From the NCBI GenBank assembly GCA_964252035.1, contig OZ176202.1: DNA of 64,000 nucleotides; one strand, given 5' to 3'. Positions 59,587-64,000 of the stretch are shown piece by piece. The notes beneath the pieces were generated by a model. It made no database searches and was not told the origin of the DNA. It was given only the letters and a program-made list of their open reading frames with translations. The position numbers and the translations under genes were made by a program. This DNA is from Podarcis erhardii (taxonomy: Eukaryota). The stretch's first letter is position 1. Each line of letters opens with the position of its first letter.

Positions 59587-61159
59587 TTTGAAAACAACAA
59601 TAAAAACACAGAGATCACATATAAAATAATATCCCCATTCATCTTTTCCCCCTCTCCAATGCTGTGCTCCCATAGGACGTTTCGTTCCACTTTGTAAAAG
59701 GGAGCATAGTCACACATGGTCAGTTTTCTTCACAAAACGCAATGAAAGGAAATATTTCAGCGCTTCGTCCTTTGCTTATGGCCTTCTTAGGTCATGTTGC
59801 TCTGATTCTCAGATTCCAGTTGCTTGCGCCTGCCACCCTCTAACAACCCCCCACCCCCACCCCCACCCCGGACTCATCTACATGTAGCCATTTAGTATAT
59901 GACACCATTCTGGTATAGACAGTGCTCGCTGGGATTTAGCAATGCAGAAGAAGGTCTTTATCTAATGGCTTCCCATTCATCTCGCAGTTGGCGAACTATC
60001 ACAGTTTATGTAATGTCTGCTCTGCTCTCGTATGCAGCACAAACCCTTTGATTTTACTGCATAAATAAACAAGGAAGGAACAAGCTGCAAAACACATCAT
60101 AGCTTCGTCGATATCAAGGTGGAATCTGCAGTAGAATTAGAACTGGCTTAATATATTATGCATGGGAATAGTAGAAATTCTAACAGCATCTATATGACAA
60201 GACCTGGGGAAACATTGTTAGCAGTTAGTATTCCTGAGCATAAATATAACGGGTGAAATTTCACTTGAACTCTCTCCCCGAAACACACAAAATTAGATTT
60301 TTCTTTCTTTAAAAAAATAGCCCTACAAGCTGCTCCCATTAGTTATAAACTCATCATTTTCATGTTCAGCTCTGTGGCTGAACTGGCTCCCCGACCTCTG
60401 AACTCCTTAGATTTCAGAAGGGGGAAATGCCTGAAGAAAAGAGATGTTTGTCTCTCATTTTCTCAGCAGCAAACTGGATGGCTGGTTTTGACTGCAGTCC
60501 TAAAAGCTGTAAAGCAGCAAGCCTCTTAATGCCTATTCTGGAGCAGTCCACTGGCTGCTCTCCTGGGCAAACCCCATTGAAATAAATTGGAAGTGTTAAG
60601 GGCGGCATCTTGGCAGAGTGTGCCTGAAGGGTCTATCACAGTTACACAAAGATTTCACTGAACTTCCTGGAATCACAAGAAGAGAGAGCAGCATTTCTGT
60701 TGGAGCCACAGAAGGGAGTTTCAGTCGGTTGGCATTGCTTCTGTGACACTGAGAGGGAGTGAGAGTTTAGCGCTTTCCGTGGGATCTGTAAAAAATTCTC
60801 ATAATCTTGGTGCAATAACCCTATATTTTAAGAGGAAGCTTCTTATCCAAGTCTGGGTCCTTGTGTAGCCAAAAAGGCACCATCCCACACACAAGAGATA
60901 GCTTTTGGCAGGTGTGAAGAAGTACAAAAAAGGAAACCCCTTTGGGAGGACCATTAAGGGAGGGACCCCAAGCAGCCCAATGAATACCGAGCATGCTCAG
61001 AGGCCACAAAATGGTGGGTGGCAAGGGGTGGTGGAATGGAATGGCTGGCTGGCTGCAATGCTGCAACATCTTGCTGCAGGCGCTATTTGTACACCCCCCA
61101 CAGGAATTCCAAATAGCAACACACTCAAATTGCTACCCCCCCTCCACCCAACACCCATC

Positions 61160-61540
61160 ATTGTGTCTCACACTTTAAAGAACAAAGATCCTGCCCCCAA
61201 GGAGCTTACAATCAAAATTTTGACGAGAGTAAGAGAGGACGAAAGATGCAAAAGTACTAAGGAATTAATGACAGCACGTCCGGCTACATGTACGTAAGCG
61301 CCATTTCAGCTGGGGATGAGAACTAAGGAGTTAAGCCAAAAGCTTTGCAGAAATGGATGGTTTTAGAGGAGAGATTTGAAGGAAGAGGTGGCAGGGCACA
61401 ACTATCCCAGGAGGGGATTCTGAGGCAAAGGTCAGAAGTAAAGATAACACAGAAAACAATGGTGAGGGTAGAGCCACGGAGAGCTTTATCAGTGAGGATT
61501 AGATTGAGATGGGAAGACAGGGCAGGGATTTAAAGTCTAG
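61160..61540 (-). mobile_element. Ancient L2 3' remnant
   Basis: CCTGCCCCCAAGGAGCTTACAATC is the typical reverse-strand signature of old amniote L2 3' ends. Confidence 0.5.
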
Positions 61541-63152
61541 ACTATTATGAGGTAATGCCATTTCTTGCCCTTCACAGAATCATAGCATCATGGAATTGTA
61601 AAGTTGGAAGGGACCCCATGGGTCACCCAGCCCAGCCTCCTTAAATTAAAAAAAACAATAGTGTAAATATTTCAACAAAGGATGCACAAGAGCATCCCAT
61701 AAAATCAAAGGGAGCAAAAATAAATAGAAGAAAAATGAACTGGATACTTCTGTTTGTTTATGTTTTTTATTTATTTAAGATATTCCTAGATCACTTAATT
61801 GCTGGTGTTTCTAAGCAGCAGAGATAATAATTTTAAAAGTAGGCAAAGGATAAAAATTAATCAGAACAGAAAATTTACTCAACTGCGGAAATAGCAAGGT
61901 ATTGGTCAAGAACTTCCTTTTCAACAAGGAGGAAGCCTGTCTTATCTCAGCCAGGAGGGACTTCTACAGCGTTAGATCCACAATACAGAATGTGTAGCTT
62001 CTGGTAGTTATGAGCTGTGCATCGGAGCCATGGGGGACCACTAACAGACATTTGTGTGAGCAAAGAACAGAAAACAAAGGGAAATGCAAAGCATTAGGTG
62101 ACCGGAATGGGAGCAATGAAAGGAAATGATCAGCCATAATGACAGAAAGGGGCACTCTGTCCATGCATGGAAGTAGATTTGGTGGCTCCCCAGTGCTGCT
62201 GTCAACATTCATGGTCAGCTCCTTCATGCAGCTGATTCCTCCAATGGTGACATTAAGTGCATATCAATTATTTAACAACAGAAACAAGTTTGAATTTCAA
62301 TACGATGGGAGATACACAAGAAGGTCCCCTAGTGGCCTGTAGTACTTGGATCATTATATTATGGAACCACAAATATAAGGAAGCTTCCAAAAGTTTGGAA
62401 TCTGGCAGAAACTCTTAATTCTAAATAAAAATAAATAAATCTGCCCTTTTTATATGATCATGGCTTGAGCTAACTGCAATTCAGCAAATGAATGAAAACT
62501 AGAGTCCAAAGCAAATGAACAGATTGATCCACCAGGTCTCTTCAGCTGGGATCTGGAGCATGTGAACCATCTATTCCAGGCATAGGAGCTCTTTATTTTT
62601 ATTGCTATGAGAGTTTCAAGCAAAGATAGAAAAAAAAAAGTGAAATAAATCATATTTTCCCAGACAGTGTATCTATGAGTAAAGGCATATGTGAATCCCT
62701 GTTCTTACAAAATACTGTGTTATGTTTCAAATCAGCCATGAATCCTACTGAGTGAACTTTGGCCAGTCATTCCATCTCAGCCTCAACTTTTTCACAGGAC
62801 AAATGAGGAGAATCAGAACCTGTACGCTCCTTGGAGAAAAAGTTGGGATATCAATGCAGCAAATAAAAATATTATGAGGTGGCAGGGTGGCTCTATTTGC
62901 AAGCAACCTTAAGAAACTAACAAACAAAAATATGTAAGAATATAAATGTTCATATTTGGAGAAAGTTTATTTGGGAGTTTCCAGGTGTATTTTTTAGCAT
63001 AATGGTAGTTACAAATCCAGAAACAAAAGAGATGATGCTCTATCAATGCTCCTGCCTCTGTTTCTATGGGACAGTCACCATTCACTCCCTTTCCTAAAAC
63101 ATAAAATCATATAAATATAGAGTTGAAACCCCCTGCAATGCAGGAAACTCAG

Positions 63153-63184
<32 letters not shown>

Positions 63185-63202
<18 letters not shown>

Positions 63203-63304
63203 TTCATTATTTATACCCCACTCATCTGGCTGGGTTTCCCCAGCCACTCTGGGATATTTATTACAGCATATATTAAAACATAACAAAACATCAAACATAA
63301 AAAA
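63185..63304 (-). mobile_element. L2 3' fragment, cut by the Gypsy LTR
   Basis: Same sequence family as 21089 and 26620; it stops abruptly at CAAACATAAAAA, where the LTR begins. Confidence 0.8.
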
Positions 63305-63653
63305 TGTTGTGTATTGAGTCAAAGGATTTTATATCTGTATTATTATTGTCTGTATTTGCATTAGGGTAAAGTAACTGCCTTTTGGTTCCAGAGGGTACAG
63401 CTACTATTGGTTCATTTAAGCTGCTGTATTTGGATCCTCTGTCTTATTGGTTTCCTCCAAAAGGCAGGACTGTGATTGCCTGATATTGTTCCCTCCAAAA
63501 TGTATCCTTCTAGCTAGTTCCCTGTCCCTATAAATGTAGCTCTTCCCTCCTCAGGCCCCAGTCTTGTTTGCTTTAATAAAGAAGTGTTACTAGAGAACTT
63601 TCTCCAGCATATTATGTCAAGAGAGCAGAAATCACAAACCCCACGTTACAACA
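63305..63653 (+). mobile_element. 5' LTR of a Gypsy retrotransposon (349 bp)
   Basis: TGTTGT...ACAACA inverted termini, TATAAAT 63529-63535, AATAAA 63575-63580, followed by a PBS and gag. Confidence 0.9.
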
Positions 63654-63655
63654 AT

Positions 63656-63673
63656 TGGTGACGAAGGTGGGAT
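63656..63673 (+). promoter_or_regulatory. Primer-binding site complementary to tRNA-Ser(GCU)
   Basis: TGGTGACGAAGGTGGGAT, 2 nt after the LTR; differs at about one position from the TGGCGACGA(A/G)G..GGGAT complement of the tRNA-Ser(GCU) 3' end as I recall it. Confidence 0.8.
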
Positions 63674-63779
63674 CCGGAATGCTGAGGAGCGGTTAAACGC
63701 AGCCCTGCCTCAGAGTCCGGATTGTAGCTAAGAACAAGACTCACTGGCCAGCTGAGAAGACGACCCTTCCCACAGGACA

Positions 63780-64000
63780 ATGGAGAGTCCAAGGGTATTG
63801 GAGCCCTTCCAGCCATCAGAGCCCCACACGTGGGAAGACTACGTCGAACGATTCGAGTTCTTCGCAATGGCTCAAGGGATCACCGATGCCAGCAAAAGAA
63901 GGGCCACATTCCTGAGCTACTGTGGGCCTGAGATCTTTAAGCTGGCCAAGGCATTGCTTGCTCCAGCGAAGCTAAGTGAGACATCTCTCAAAGATATTCT
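63780..64000 (+). CDS. gag: Gypsy Gag N-terminus (Mag-clade-like), incomplete at the window edge
   Basis: MESPRVLEPFQPSEPHTWEDYVERFEFFAMAQGITDASKRRATFLSYCGPEIFKLAKALLAPAKLSETSLKDI; the W..Y.ERF..F...N/Q.I......A.FL...G pattern is typical. Missing from the ORF track because no stop codon lies in the window. Confidence 0.85.
   Translation, partial: MESPRVLEPFQPSEPHTWEDYVERFEFFAMAQGITDASKRRATFLSYCGPEIFKLAKALLAPAKLSETSLKDI

Overview
Vertebrate, repeat-rich, apparently intergenic or deep-intronic DNA. The repeat complement (tRNA-derived Squam/POM-type SINEs, Bov-B, L2, CR1, L1, Penelope, Gypsy LTRs, many hAT and Tc1/mariner MITEs) points to a squamate reptile, most likely a lacertid lizard. This is inferred from recalled family features, not from a database search. 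I recognise no host protein-coding gene. The only convincing coding stretches are mobile-element ORFs: an L1 ORF2 C-terminus at 2519-3379, L2 fragments, and the start of a Gypsy gag at 63780 that runs off the window. Most notable observations: (1) a tRNA-Lys SINE split by a 2.66-kb insert that begins with a hAT terminus and carries a decayed, frame-preserving ~400-bp tandem coding-like array (31279-33934); (2) an unclassified 851-bp CpG-rich insert whose ends pair as an RNA panhandle and which carries splice and polyA signals (50879-51729); (3) an intact minimal hammerhead ribozyme in an inverted Penelope insertion (28418-28455), plus two decayed ones; (4) the 5' end of a young Gypsy element with a tRNA-Ser PBS (63305 onward). 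All family names were assigned by eye.
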